The notes under the pieces were generated by a model. It was not told the origin of the DNA and ran no database searches. It saw only the letters and a program-made list of their open reading frames with translations. A stretch of DNA of 64,000 bases, taken from positions 1 through 64,000 of the IMG/VR virus record IMGVR_UViG_2974528084_000001. One strand, given 5' to 3'. The translations under genes were made by a program, and so were the position numbers. This stretch comes from a virus (taxonomy: Duplodnaviria; Caudoviricetes). Each line of letters begins with the position of its first letter. Within the stretch, counting starts at the first letter, position 1. Below are positions 29,301-37,843 of this stretch, one piece after another.

Positions 29301-30308
29301 GCAGCAATTATGAAGGGCATGGATGTCTGGTCCGCGGCCTGGACGCCAGCGATGGTAGACTCTACCGATGCAGCTACGGCGGCGTCGGAGAAGGTTGCAG
29401 ATGCTGCCGACAAGCAGAGCTCCAGCACGGTCCTACTGAGTAAGAGCCTGGGCAAGTACGATCAGCAGATCGCATCGCTGTCTAAGGTGCTCACGGCGTT
29501 CTCGAACAGTGCACAGCAGTCGGTCAAGGTTACGGTCAACGTGACCAATGGCACCGCTACGACTGGCAACACCTCAACCGTCGGCACGAACGAGAAGGGT
29601 GAGCAGACCATCACGGTCGAGCAGCCCACGTTCGAGCAGTGGGCACCCACCCTGAACGCACTGGCGGACTTCTTCGACACGCTCCCGTATGCAGAACGGG
29701 ACTGGCTGGCAGACAACCCGGTCGCAGGCGAAACCGAGCAGCAGCGCAAGATGCGTCTGGCGCAGAACAACCTGACCAACTTTGCAAAGGGCGGCTACAA
29801 TGTCCTGCGCGATGTCGGCCCGGTAATGCTGCGTCACACTGCAATCATCGGCACCGCAGTCGAACGCCTGGTAAAGGAAGATGGACCGGCCTGGAGTGCA
29901 GCGCTGGCAGCTATCGCGTCGAACAACCCAGCGGGTTACGCTGTTGCCGTGATGCTAGTACTGAAGGAAGTGGCAACCTTGCTACCCTTGATCCTAGCTG
30001 CCATCATGGACATTGTGCCCGCGTTGATCCGTGCTATCGTTAGGTTCCTCACCCAGTTCATGCCGGATTCAGTGTTCGCCTATGCGGACATGGCAGCTGC
30101 CGAAGCTGCGGTTACCGAGCAGCAGGCTGGTGGAGCGGTCGCGATGGGCCAGGGTCAGCGGTACCCGACTGATGCAATGTCAACTACGAGTGGCAACGAA
30201 AGTATCACATTGAACATGTACGGAGACTTGGTCATGCCGAACGTCAGCGATGGCAGTGATGCAAACGACTTCGTCGAGCAGCTCAAGCTGTTGGCGGCGG
30301 GCTCATGA
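20349..30308 (+). CDS. tape measure protein (3319 aa) with C-terminal peptidase-like and lytic-transglycosylase-like domains
   Basis: Ala-rich helical repeats, TP901-like core, hydrophobic 40-aa repeats, DHPSGLALD...HMDHVH and HESSWNPNAQN...YGLFQF motifs. Confidence 0.95.
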   Translation: MNTTAANILVTAQARQAQAVLARAQAALRGLQSTAQGANAAQATAANAAAKQIDAAEARKASAAAKASLAIEQANLRQIKSEQAASVAAARSAAAISLSQTKAAGAAEASAAKQAAAAAKMSAAMELSAMKQQAAMAQLTLVQMRQLAQMEAASARQIAADNRAAMSAAKSAAQQAAARESLTIATLRAVAREEAASARKIAADARAALQAQVLANAETGNQNRVVTARLRAAAQTASANAAKINSDNGAAIAAEVAANREMRAAREASLADMDRAMKAQAANARKAASDAQAAVNAQANAIKEAAAMSVADTARIKSAAVAAAENARKIASDAAVANTAAMTAGRESVANAQAAASARIGAQQKVVADAQANASRMNAAAVAAAEASKIAAAEARAAAAAEKAAIQITAAKQREIAANSAATASNRSWSASMTASGSRMQWIGRQLSQNFTAPMLLATGIGVKFGLDMEKSMTRLEKVYADQALIREAEAKGINLVKNETEALEKAFIALSNKYGVQADEVANVAAEWAAAGASGKALATQTDLTMKTMVLGEMDAEEATKALIAIQAQWGAVTETNLDQQNKLSLGTSGLANDQLSLTSILRQLNAVENETGTTMNDLVVAFSRASGVARSAGFDTAHLAAAVAALVPAAGSAAEAGNALKTIISRTLTPTREASQIMELMQIQTEKAAWQSMNAGQRLEELAKRFGTLTGAQKAQVAASLGSRYQVNKLEVLFSSIANKAGYYHKALEKLANEADVVKIAEDELNTVLESQPQMLKQAGVIIQNSLMKTMVPLIPVVIQITQWIGKAFDAFANLPTGVRTTLIGLGLFLATVGPIIIFLGIFKLALGQLTPVFLMLARAMLFPITIFGKFGALLLKPIMGLAKLRAALALTARAFALIPAAAVLMTRIVSFALMGMQATVVVGMAGLRASWTAAWVAMVAVQTVSGVAMTTTQKVMFMVMLTAQKVWAGASLLIQRAWATASVAVHAAWGAAAAMVTAVGQAIMLARQRAWAAAWLAITVGWATASLLLQKTWAAASILLSGAYWKRMFAIFAAGNKGLLAILAAGGKAIVALFSSPWAIAIAIVIGLIVMFREQIAQAWNNVVNYFRNIPKETSAALSPLTNIFVRARNAVVGAFNSLPEGVKGALLKVVAIVRAAAMKVYELFSYLNPFARHSPSLVENVTNGMAVVNAQFANASRNAQKHVGQLHKSINKLQSLSAPMTAQNDKAKDDEFRQTATKAGAASSLPAYDALNADVKAAKSYMDQLNKSMEAHEAQLKNIKAGVEAYDAAIEQMNSALEVTKAIQSDVNRALDGAKARFDRYSNAQIKGTRAAEDAIFDNEMAQKRLQLQIAKMEEEAGTVDSVTDSYSKLQGEIESLTAKQTELRKAGAGSDVLGTYDKMIADLKSQQSGLMTGGTDSPAGKIAALNTSLQALQKQADIMDLEKSLKFDSLNRKIEQFSSNVEEMPYGQIMSGMDSSRTSINALQYSYDQLDMVMAGQQARIDATQAQRDALQQTYDSEAKRLETVRAKYEEVEQAVRSGEEALESFSSASEEVVRRQEEAARAAEEASKKLKKKKGGGAGSGDELTPGAQNFIDGAAGDFETFGGTDTIGREGAGLDQSSQIDEFTKGLTDDLEKQLGGLNPFSGLKNAWNRTVNWFKGMMPGFGDIFKNVGNGIGSAFSSDKNENVKRFGDTISKGVESLRNIWGWIQKVGQIIGKLFGPDLQSTMQGLGDGFKTVMDKISGPLSELGKTVMPFLQTAFTHLMPVIALFVGALEVVWEVINGAIGPVFSWLGDIIGAVITVITGIMKVFMGLMKVIQGVVMVVVNILKGIFTFIKGLFSLKFDLSGFGGIGEALKKIFGGFGDMFGGIVDIVKGIFVAIWSTIKNSVKLIWNVVWGLVKGIIDFFKTLWDVLVGHSIVPDTINSIIDWFKELPGKLPGMVWGLITSLIGFFLKMPIMIGQALLKLGGFLFGAFTSAMAWLLPKLPGFIWNIVKFFATLPFKIIGALVGFGAKLLGWLGQAIAWLVPQLPGIVWDIITFFATLPFKIIGALLGFGAKLFEWAKNAFIWLAQNLPGVIGNVISFFAGLPGKLIGALLGLGSKLFEWAKNGFIWLAQNLPNAIGAVLDFAKEFPGRVIRGFGKWGSFIWEWMKKGWDFLVNEMPGIVAGFLKWIGGIPGMLLGKLGDGAKVLYDYGKDMIQGLMNGTAGLLKKLGDWFLDKIPGWIKTPFKKALGIASPSKVFAGYGVNIGEGLVKGIGSMEGQVEQASIAMAAAADKGEVGGMAISAVADTSSVGGSVSALGDAVAASGPVAVDTAAEPTADIQPMLDAAEAAFDAFDASMQTKMAAFTAAVTLMFAAMVTGILSSLDQVTIGSGTSFAAMQATVVGIVTAMVAAVQAQLALLISHVTQFGLAFTAAWAEAWNAWKSETSLGVDHTLSEWERMAQGMRDIFDGGIAPIFEDMAKMYTTLEGATKTTVDNVGTTWADIEPKTKRPAGIVINEVYNNGLRGAWNKFNSFLGVAELPAFTVAYATGGPVHGPGTETSDSIYAKLSRGEHVITAAEVRGAGGHQAIMAQRQVWAGRKRMQGVDQSMPAFARGGPVDPKAPPWPGESNLKPAAILARRNIHKYWPMIGEIGGYRPSDPYPDHPSGLALDVMVGVGNPVGDEVNDWLHRNMVPLALNYTIWKQFYKPAGGGGNLMGDRGDPTQNHMDHVHALFNNNGVPGITTGGIGGSSGGAPIDYKKIVQESFKADMDEVRKNLPAIPGGIGQWPKISADVAEKMALKKLLPLAEKMSISSGSAASAWAGAPDASVVTKVKEAMKTYGWDQGAEWEALNQLIGHESSWNPNAQNPSSTAYGLFQFLDSTWASVGGSKTSDPYQQAIYGGRYIKNRYGSPSAAWAFWQNPQPNPYGGNWYDNGGVLPPGLTLANNQTGGPEAILTAAQWSAMFDIATKPPLDEDTIQGAVEAANIATGNTDDATTAAIMKGMDVWSAAWTPAMVDSTDAATAASEKVADAADKQSSSTVLLSKSLGKYDQQIASLSKVLTAFSNSAQQSVKVTVNVTNGTATTGNTSTVGTNEKGEQTITVEQPTFEQWAPTLNALADFFDTLPYAERDWLADNPVAGETEQQRKMRLAQNNLTNFAKGGYNVLRDVGPVMLRHTAIIGTAVERLVKEDGPAWSAALAAIASNNPAGYAVAVMLVLKEVATLLPLILAAIMDIVPALIRAIVRFLTQFMPDSVFAYADMAAAEAAVTEQQAGGAVAMGQGQRYPTDAMSTTSGNESITLNMYGDLVMPNVSDGSDANDFVEQLKLLAAGS

Positions 30309-32836
30309 GTCGCATCATCCATCGGCCGAACCAGGCTGTAGACTACGGCACGGTCGAGACGAACGGTTCTGGCAACGTACTCGGCGACAACAACAATGAC
30401 ACTCGGAAGCAGTATTACGAGGACTCGGGCAGCATCCTGCTGTACCCGACCTTCGATCCGACTGTCATCCCGCCGGGCCGGGAGATCATCGCAGTGCGCG
30501 AAGGTCACCGGCACGAGCAGGGTGGGTCGCTGATCGCACTGCACAACGGCTGGGTCATGGGGTTCCTGCGCATCTCCAACCAGCGGCTGGCCAACTCGCG
30601 AGGCTACAAGCAGGACGGGTACAGTACCACAGCTCGTGCCGTCGAGGGTCCGGCGATCTACAACTCGGCCTTCAAGCCCTGGGCGGCGTCCGACATCAAC
30701 AAGATGACCACCGATGTCGGCGCAGCCACCGGCGAGTTCGGGCCGAACAAGAAGAAGCTGTGGTGCATCGCCACCGAGGCGTACATCGTTCTCGTCCTGA
30801 ACGATGATGTCGCAGTGCCGACGATCAACTACCCAGCGAACAACGCGACCATTGCGACCAGCTCGGTGGACTTCAAGGGTAACGTCACAGTCACCCAGGA
30901 AGAGCAGCCTGTCGCTTGCGTGTTCCAGGTCAGTCGTTCGTCGAGTTTCGATGACGACACTGTGGACACCTTCGTTGGCGGCTTGGTGCAGACCGCAGGC
31001 CAGACGAGCAACTACGACTCGATCGTAGGCAGGGACTCGTACACAAACCTCGGTCCCGGCAAGTGGTACATACGAGTCAAGGGCAAGGACTACCGTGGAG
31101 TAGAGTCGGCGTGGGGTGCAACGACTTCGTTCACCATCACTCACGCTGCGCTGCCTGCTCCGCAGATGACCAACCCTGCTGACGACGCTGTTCGCAATAC
31201 TCCGTACGGCTATCGCGAGGCGAACATTCCGAGCACGCCGCCGGGTGAGCGCTACGTTGGCATCGAGTGGCAGTTCTGTCAGGCGTCCGACTTCACCGGC
31301 ACGATCGTGTCGTGGAAGAACAACAAGGTTGGGCGCTACAACGCAGGCGTCATCGGATACTTCTCCGACCCTGATCCCGAGGTACAGCCGGGACAGAACG
31401 GCGACAAGGTATCGACCGACGACCCGGATCAGTACCTGAAGCAGGGCACTTGGTACGCGCGTGCCAGGTGTGTTGACGTGTGGAATCAGTCGGGAGCCTG
31501 GTCTACGGTCATCGACTTCACCGTCTCGCACCCTCCGGTTGTGAACGAGCCCTGGCCCAGCGGTGGCGCAGGCTTCGATGACGACGCGTTCCCTGTGCGG
31601 TGGCAGTTCGGCGACGCATGGAAAGGTGATACGCAGAGCGCCTACCGTGTGATCGTTCGCGACCCCTCGAACACCACAGTCATTCACGACACCGGCAAGG
31701 TTGAAAGCCCTTTCAATAACGTGAAGGTGGTCATCCCCGACAACTGGAAAGAGCAGACGCTCAACCTGTCTATCCAGCTGTGGGATCGAGATGGTGTTGC
31801 CAGCCCGGTGTGGACCGGCACCTTCCGTCACTCGACCGCGCCAGTCATCACGCTGCCGTACCCAGCCGCCGACGAAGTCGTAATCACCGGCCAGCCGAAC
31901 CTAACCTGGTCGGCGGTCTACGCTCCGGGGCAGTCGCAGAAGTCTTACCACATCGCGTTCATTCGGCGTGACACTGGTGTTGTCGAGTGGAAGACAACCA
32001 CTCATCAGCTGTCGACGAACAACTTCTGGAATGCGCCTTCGGTCGTACTCAAGAACGTCTCGGCATACCAGCTGGCACTGACGATCACCGATACGCAGGA
32101 CTTGTACACCACCCTGCTACGGAACTTCAGTACGGACTACGTCCGGCCTCCGATGATCTACTGCTCGGCGTACATCAGCAACTACGAAGAGGATGGCTAC
32201 GTCAACATACTGTGGCCAGCTACTGAGGTTGCTCCGCAGTTCGTTGAGTTCCGTTTGTACAGGCGAAACGTCGACATCCCCGGCTCGGACTGGGAACAGA
32301 TCGGAACGGTCACCGACCCCGAGGTGTGGGAGTTCCACGATTGGAGCAGCTCGGGCCACTACCGCTACCAGTACTCGATCACGCAGGTGGTCATGCTGTA
32401 TGGCGCGCTCGTCGAATCCCTGCCGGATGAGTACGGTGAGATACTTCAGATTCAGTCGAGTCATTACTGGTTGATCGCGCCGGATAACGAGTCGCTCAAT
32501 ACCAAACTGTACCACATCACTGACGACAAGTACGTTCGTAAGATCGAGAAGAGTCGGCACACCATCATCGGTGGTGGCGAGCGATTCAACTTCGGCAAGC
32601 CCATCGGCATCGAGGGTACGCTGTCGGGCCAGATCAAGGGTGGCTCGCCGGTGACCGTGCGCCAGGCTCGTGAGCGAATCGAGCGTATGCAGCTGGAGAT
32701 GAAGTACTGCTACCTTCGCGACCCATTCGGCAACTTCACTAAGATTGTGATTGACGATGTCTCGGTCGGCCGCATTGCAGGTGTTGGCACCTCAGAGTTC
32801 GTTGACATCGAGATTCCTTACATCGAGGTGAAGTGA
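30305..32836 (+). CDS. minor tail protein (FN3/Ig-like repeats, distal-tail-like)
   Basis: Follows tape measure; WYxRVK...SAW FN3-like repeats. Confidence 0.75.
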   Translation: MSRIIHRPNQAVDYGTVETNGSGNVLGDNNNDTRKQYYEDSGSILLYPTFDPTVIPPGREIIAVREGHRHEQGGSLIALHNGWVMGFLRISNQRLANSRGYKQDGYSTTARAVEGPAIYNSAFKPWAASDINKMTTDVGAATGEFGPNKKKLWCIATEAYIVLVLNDDVAVPTINYPANNATIATSSVDFKGNVTVTQEEQPVACVFQVSRSSSFDDDTVDTFVGGLVQTAGQTSNYDSIVGRDSYTNLGPGKWYIRVKGKDYRGVESAWGATTSFTITHAALPAPQMTNPADDAVRNTPYGYREANIPSTPPGERYVGIEWQFCQASDFTGTIVSWKNNKVGRYNAGVIGYFSDPDPEVQPGQNGDKVSTDDPDQYLKQGTWYARARCVDVWNQSGAWSTVIDFTVSHPPVVNEPWPSGGAGFDDDAFPVRWQFGDAWKGDTQSAYRVIVRDPSNTTVIHDTGKVESPFNNVKVVIPDNWKEQTLNLSIQLWDRDGVASPVWTGTFRHSTAPVITLPYPAADEVVITGQPNLTWSAVYAPGQSQKSYHIAFIRRDTGVVEWKTTTHQLSTNNFWNAPSVVLKNVSAYQLALTITDTQDLYTTLLRNFSTDYVRPPMIYCSAYISNYEEDGYVNILWPATEVAPQFVEFRLYRRNVDIPGSDWEQIGTVTDPEVWEFHDWSSSGHYRYQYSITQVVMLYGALVESLPDEYGEILQIQSSHYWLIAPDNESLNTKLYHITDDKYVRKIEKSRHTIIGGGERFNFGKPIGIEGTLSGQIKGGSPVTVRQARERIERMQLEMKYCYLRDPFGNFTKIVIDDVSVGRIAGVGTSEFVDIEIPYIEVK

Positions 32837-35064
32837 TGCCGCAGCCACCTCGGGAAGATATTCAGCGGGCATTTGTTGCGCCTACAGTTCAGGTCATTCG
32901 ACGTATCGAGATCTATGAAGAGGATGGTACGACACCCTGGAAGCAGGAGCTCTGGGATGACATACTTATCAACGGTACAGTGAGTCTCGACTACAACCGT
33001 GACGAGCGCCGCGCACTGGATTGTGAGCTCGACAACTCCTATGGCGACCTCGATCCGCAGCACGGTGGGCTGTGGTACGACAAGCGATTCAAGCTGTTCT
33101 ACGGCATAGAGCTCGACCAGGATGACCGTGGAGTTCGGGCGGTGATCGTGGAGGAGTACCTCGCACCCGGCCAGGCGGCGGCATTGAAGCAGCACCTGTC
33201 AGCGCATGGGATCAGCGAGGTTCACTTCCTGCCTTCGGCCACTGACTATGCGCACGTTCAAGATTACGACGTGATCGTCGCCATCTCTTCGACGAGCCTG
33301 CAGAAACTTTCCCTACTTAATCAGTGTTACAGCAAGGGTAAAGGAATTGTTACCTTTGCTAATGACCAGACATCCGCGTCGATGCCGTCTATGATAGGTA
33401 GTGCGGGCGCGGCAACGGTCCTCGCTGGCCAACAGCTTGCCTATGCTCCAATCAACGGGGCATCCGACCTATCCGTGGGGTGGGACGGTTGGAGTTCGAG
33501 TGACGATTCAGAGAACCTGGTCACATGGGGTGGTAAGGGGTTCGAGGATTTCAACCTTGGATTCCCAGGGGCAGGCGGGGCTGGCGCAACTATTGTGCAG
33601 ATTCCCGATGGTCCTTTCGGGAATACCACAAAGGTGTATAACACTCCCTCAGCGGGGGCTTACGTCTCGAGCCCGGCACTGTTCACCTACAACGGACTCT
33701 CGAGTGACACATTTTACTTTGAGGCGTGGGTAAGAAAGACGACACCTGGGGTCACCGGCGGCATTGCGCTTGTCCGCAGGACGACAGAGCCTGGCGGTGC
33801 GAACCCTAACTACTCTGCTATCGGCATGAACCTGAGCGCTATGGTTCAGAATCAGTGGTACAAGTTGTCGGGTACTGTGTCGATGAGTGTGACACGCACA
33901 GTCCTGAACCCTTATGTTCAGGTGGGGAACAACGTTCCGGCGGGCGAGATCATTCAATGGGATGACGTTTTCGTGAAGAAGATTGATCCCGAGGATTCGT
34001 ACCGTAAGATTCTGTCACCGGCCGCAGGGGCGCAGACCGTCGCAACACTGAGTGATAGCGTCAACGGAGACTCCGTTGGAGCTGTGTCAAGGATTGGCTC
34101 AGCGGGGCAACGCTGGGTCCACACTGTCGCGTCGGACTTCACCGCACCCACCCTGGCTGGAGACTACGAGAGCTTCGGCCGCTATGTTTCACGCATCGTG
34201 TCGTGGGCCTCGTCATACGAGGCGCTCGATTACTGGGAGATTCAGCTCGGCGAGTTCATGGCCGACTCTATCTCACTCGGAGGTTCCTATGCAACGGTCT
34301 CGATCTCAGGACGCGATCTCACCAAGCTGTGCCAGCAGTCGAAGTTTGTAGCCTCGACTACGTTCACCAAGAACACGCCTATTGAGAGCGTCGTCAAGAC
34401 CGTCGCAACGAACGCAGGGATTTCCAAGTTCAAGCTGCCGATCACCGGCAAAGTCCTAGATAAGGATATGACTTGGGAGCGAGACACTGCTCGCTGGGAT
34501 GTGATTCGTGATGTATCAAACTCAAACAGCTACGAGGTATTCTTCGATAATGAAGGCTATCTTGTTATGCGTGAGTTCCGTGATCCACTCACCACTCCGG
34601 CCACTCTTGAGCTTAGCGTTGGTGTGGGAGGTAATCTCATATCTCGTGGTGGGAAGACCTCCGACGCAAATCTTTTCAATCACATTGTTGTTGTTGGCGA
34701 ATCTTCTGATTCATCGACTCCACCTGTCTACGCAGAGGCAATTAATACTGCAGCGACTTCGCCAACCAGTGTGCAAGAGATTGGCGACCGGGTCTCCATA
34801 ATCACATCGAGCCTGGTTACCAGCATCGCGAAAGCTCAAGAGTACGCCAATGCACTCCTCGCCGTGTCGGCGCTGGAGGAGTTCGAGCTCTCTTTTGAGT
34901 CGACCCTTCTTCCGTGGATTGAGGTCGGCGACATAGTCGAGATGAAAAATTCTGATGATCGTTACTGGGGACCAGACCGTTACTTGATGACAAGTCTGAC
35001 GTTCCCGCTTGACCTGAATCCCATGTCAGGTGCAGGTAAGAGAACGGAAAAGGTGGAGGGGTAG
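32833..35064 (+). CDS. minor tail/baseplate hub-like protein with inserted carbohydrate-binding-like domain
   Basis: Hub-like N- and C-terminal parts; central FYFEAWVRK...WYKLSG...WDDV jelly-roll pattern. Confidence 0.7.
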   Translation: MMPQPPREDIQRAFVAPTVQVIRRIEIYEEDGTTPWKQELWDDILINGTVSLDYNRDERRALDCELDNSYGDLDPQHGGLWYDKRFKLFYGIELDQDDRGVRAVIVEEYLAPGQAAALKQHLSAHGISEVHFLPSATDYAHVQDYDVIVAISSTSLQKLSLLNQCYSKGKGIVTFANDQTSASMPSMIGSAGAATVLAGQQLAYAPINGASDLSVGWDGWSSSDDSENLVTWGGKGFEDFNLGFPGAGGAGATIVQIPDGPFGNTTKVYNTPSAGAYVSSPALFTYNGLSSDTFYFEAWVRKTTPGVTGGIALVRRTTEPGGANPNYSAIGMNLSAMVQNQWYKLSGTVSMSVTRTVLNPYVQVGNNVPAGEIIQWDDVFVKKIDPEDSYRKILSPAAGAQTVATLSDSVNGDSVGAVSRIGSAGQRWVHTVASDFTAPTLAGDYESFGRYVSRIVSWASSYEALDYWEIQLGEFMADSISLGGSYATVSISGRDLTKLCQQSKFVASTTFTKNTPIESVVKTVATNAGISKFKLPITGKVLDKDMTWERDTARWDVIRDVSNSNSYEVFFDNEGYLVMREFRDPLTTPATLELSVGVGGNLISRGGKTSDANLFNHIVVVGESSDSSTPPVYAEAINTAATSPTSVQEIGDRVSIITSSLVTSIAKAQEYANALLAVSALEEFELSFESTLLPWIEVGDIVEMKNSDDRYWGPDRYLMTSLTFPLDLNPMSGAGKRTEKVEG

Positions 35065-37061
35065 TGGCTACAGGGTTTGGCGACTGGGGTAACAGCGTCA
35101 AGGTTCATAGTGTACTGCGCGAGATTGCCAGGAAGGAAGTGGAGCGACTCCGTCCTGCACCACGCCTCGCTGAGGTTGTGAGTATTGACCATGATGAAAA
35201 GAAAGTCATGGTCAAGTTCATTGGCGAGACAAACGTGGTGCCCGTTCCATACACCTCTACAGCCCCGGCTAACAATGGGCAGTGGGTTCGAGTCAACGGT
35301 ACAACGCACGACCGATACATAGAAGATGTCATCGGCCAGAGCGACACCGACCGCCGACTAGAGTTTGCCGAGGGCCAGATCGACGAGCTACTCAAGCAGG
35401 TCGTCGGGCCGGATTGGAAAGAAGAGGATGACGGTCAGCTCGGCGTAACGATCGGAGACTTCTTCGAGAGCATAGGCGGCGAGGCCGACCTGGGTGGACT
35501 CGAGCAGGCTGTCGATGGCTCGTACGAGGGCGAAGATGAAAACCTGAACAACATTCAGGGCGTCATTGCTCGACTACGCAGGCTTGCGGGCGGCATTATC
35601 AACCCGAGTCGTGTGCCACAGTTGCCTGTTGGTTCTATCTCAAACGAGCCCGGACCCAACCTGCTGTCGAGCTTTGGTGGATTCAGCTCGGCTGATACAA
35701 TCAGTGGCGACGGCATTTGGACTTACGATGCCACGACTGGAAACACTGCACCGGGTTCAGCGAAGGCTGTAGCTGACGGCACCCTCAAGATACTCTCGTC
35801 TGAGGCGATCGCAGTGGGCGCAGGGCAGACACTTCAGATTGGGGGCTGGGTTCGATGGTCTGGTGTTGCAGCCACGGGGTCAGCGTTTCGGCTCTTGGTG
35901 ATACCCTATGTCGATGGTGCCGCCCAGTCCCCGGCGGAGATTGCCAAGGTAGACTCGCCGGCCGCGAGCGGGCAGACTACCCTTGGCCTCGTCAACTGGG
36001 TGGTACCGGCGAGCATCACCTTCGTTCGAGTACGCGTCACCATTGAAGCTGTCGTTACTGCCGGCGAGGTGTGGTGGGATGACCTCGTGCTTCGCAAGGC
36101 AGGCACAACAATACCACAGACCTTCGTCGGCGGACTCGCGCAGAAGCTGACCGACCTCGATGAGAACGACACCGGTCTCGACGACTCTATTGGGAACCTT
36201 GCTAAGAATATCAACGACGCTGTGACCGCTACGGTCGAGGATATTGGCGAGGGTGCGGGAGATATTCTCAACGCATTCTTTACCATCTTTGATCTCAACC
36301 GCACAACCCAGGCGGCCGAGAAGGCTGCGCTTGAGGCAAAGCAAATTCTCGCCGCGATGAACAACCAGGAAGATACCGGCGGTGACGGTATGTCTTGGTC
36401 GACAGACTTTGATGCAGCGAACGGTCAGCCCCTGAATCCTGCCGATTGGCAGAACGTGAACAACATCTTGCAGCGACAGGGTGGTGCGGGTGTGCCGGAC
36501 TCGGGCGGGACCTTTGGTGCTACTGCGGTGACGGTTCGCAACACCAACTCAGACTCGCAGAAGTGTTCGTTCATTATCTCTAGGATTCATGGACAGAACG
36601 CTTACTCGGGCGCGTACGTGAGGGCCTCGGCCACCCTGTCCTCGGGTGTGAGGTGTATTGTCAACGAGAACGGAGACCTTCAGCTCTCGCGTGTTGGGGG
36701 TTCCACCTTTTTGAGTGTTAACCACGCAGCAGGCTTCAAGGTTGGCGATCAGATCGAGGTAAGATGTAATAGTACTTACTACTACATTTACAAGAATGGC
36801 AAACAGATCTACTCGTACAACGACGTTGCGAACTCGGTTCCGACTGGAGCTTTGTATCGTTTCTGTGCTATGTACATGTCTCGAACTGGAAATGTTCTGT
36901 ACTACTACGAGTCGCCGCGCTTCGCTTCGTTCTATATGTCGGACTGGTATATCCCTCCGGGTGGGCCGGTCAACGCCTTTTGGCAAGGCACTTTGATTCA
37001 GTACAATTCGCTTGCCACCAAGCTGGATAACGCCGTCTACTTCATACTTCCGGCGACGTAG
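35064..37061 (+). CDS. minor tail protein (receptor-binding candidate)
   Basis: CBM-like WWDDLVLR domain, coiled segment, C-terminal lectin-like domain. Confidence 0.7.
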   Translation: MATGFGDWGNSVKVHSVLREIARKEVERLRPAPRLAEVVSIDHDEKKVMVKFIGETNVVPVPYTSTAPANNGQWVRVNGTTHDRYIEDVIGQSDTDRRLEFAEGQIDELLKQVVGPDWKEEDDGQLGVTIGDFFESIGGEADLGGLEQAVDGSYEGEDENLNNIQGVIARLRRLAGGIINPSRVPQLPVGSISNEPGPNLLSSFGGFSSADTISGDGIWTYDATTGNTAPGSAKAVADGTLKILSSEAIAVGAGQTLQIGGWVRWSGVAATGSAFRLLVIPYVDGAAQSPAEIAKVDSPAASGQTTLGLVNWVVPASITFVRVRVTIEAVVTAGEVWWDDLVLRKAGTTIPQTFVGGLAQKLTDLDENDTGLDDSIGNLAKNINDAVTATVEDIGEGAGDILNAFFTIFDLNRTTQAAEKAALEAKQILAAMNNQEDTGGDGMSWSTDFDAANGQPLNPADWQNVNNILQRQGGAGVPDSGGTFGATAVTVRNTNSDSQKCSFIISRIHGQNAYSGAYVRASATLSSGVRCIVNENGDLQLSRVGGSTFLSVNHAAGFKVGDQIEVRCNSTYYYIYKNGKQIYSYNDVANSVPTGALYRFCAMYMSRTGNVLYYYESPRFASFYMSDWYIPPGGPVNAFWQGTLIQYNSLATKLDNAVYFILPAT

Positions 37062-37063
37062 TC

Positions 37064-37666
37064 ATGGCAGCACCAATCGAGACCGGTTCACGTACCACAG
37101 CGGGAGCGTACTCGTTAGCTGTTCCCTCGTGGGCTTCGGTGATAGACTACTTCCTACTCGGGGGTGGCAAGTCGGGTAGCGATGGAAGCAACTACGGCTC
37201 AGGCAGTAAAGGCGACGATGGCAAGTTTGTTTCTGGTTCGGTCAGGGTTAAGCCAGGCTCGTCGCTGTCGTGTTCTATAGCTGGAGCAAGCGCCGAAACT
37301 ACTATCAATCTCGGCGGGACCGTGTTTACTTCAGGAACTGGGACAACCAAGCCATCCAACAACACGCTGTCCAGATCAACACTTGTCGAGGGCGACCCCG
37401 CCGTGGCATCACCCTGGTCGGTGAGTGTAGGTTCTCGCGGTGACGGTGGTGCGGGTGGCAGTAGAGGTTATACAACCACTGATCCGCCCACCCCTCCGGG
37501 GGAGGGCGAGCCTGGTACAGGCGGCGGACTGTACTGGCGCTTTAGGCAGGCCGCTCAGATACCTCGCATTGGAAACATACCAGCCGTTGACGTCAAGAGC
37601 GGAACAAAGCAGGTTCAGGCCATATACATAGGCACCAAAAAGGTCTGGGACAAGTCAGCAAACTAG
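37064..37666 (+). CDS. glycine-rich minor tail protein
   Basis: GGG/GDGGAGG repeats; C-terminal IYIGTKKVW. Confidence 0.7.
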   Translation: MAAPIETGSRTTAGAYSLAVPSWASVIDYFLLGGGKSGSDGSNYGSGSKGDDGKFVSGSVRVKPGSSLSCSIAGASAETTINLGGTVFTSGTGTTKPSNNTLSRSTLVEGDPAVASPWSVSVGSRGDGGAGGSRGYTTTDPPTPPGEGEPGTGGGLYWRFRQAAQIPRIGNIPAVDVKSGTKQVQAIYIGTKKVWDKSAN

Positions 37667-37675
37667 GAGGTAGCA

Positions 37676-37843
37676 ATGACAGACATCAACTTCACTCATC
37701 CCGATGCTCCGGGTGTGACGTTTACGCTCAGCTCGTTGGGCACTGGGGCAGATATGTTCACGCTTCTCGCACACAGCGACACAATCACTGACGATCTCGG
37801 CAACCCGAAGCTGCTCACCGACGTGGGGTTCCCGAGGCCATGA
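37676..37843 (+). CDS. hypothetical protein (55 aa, below the ORF-track cutoff)
   Basis: RBS AGGAGG, ATG 37676, ATGA overlap with 37840. Confidence 0.65.
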   Translation: MTDINFTHPDAPGVTFTLSSLGTGADMFTLLAHSDTITDDLGNPKLLTDVGFPRP

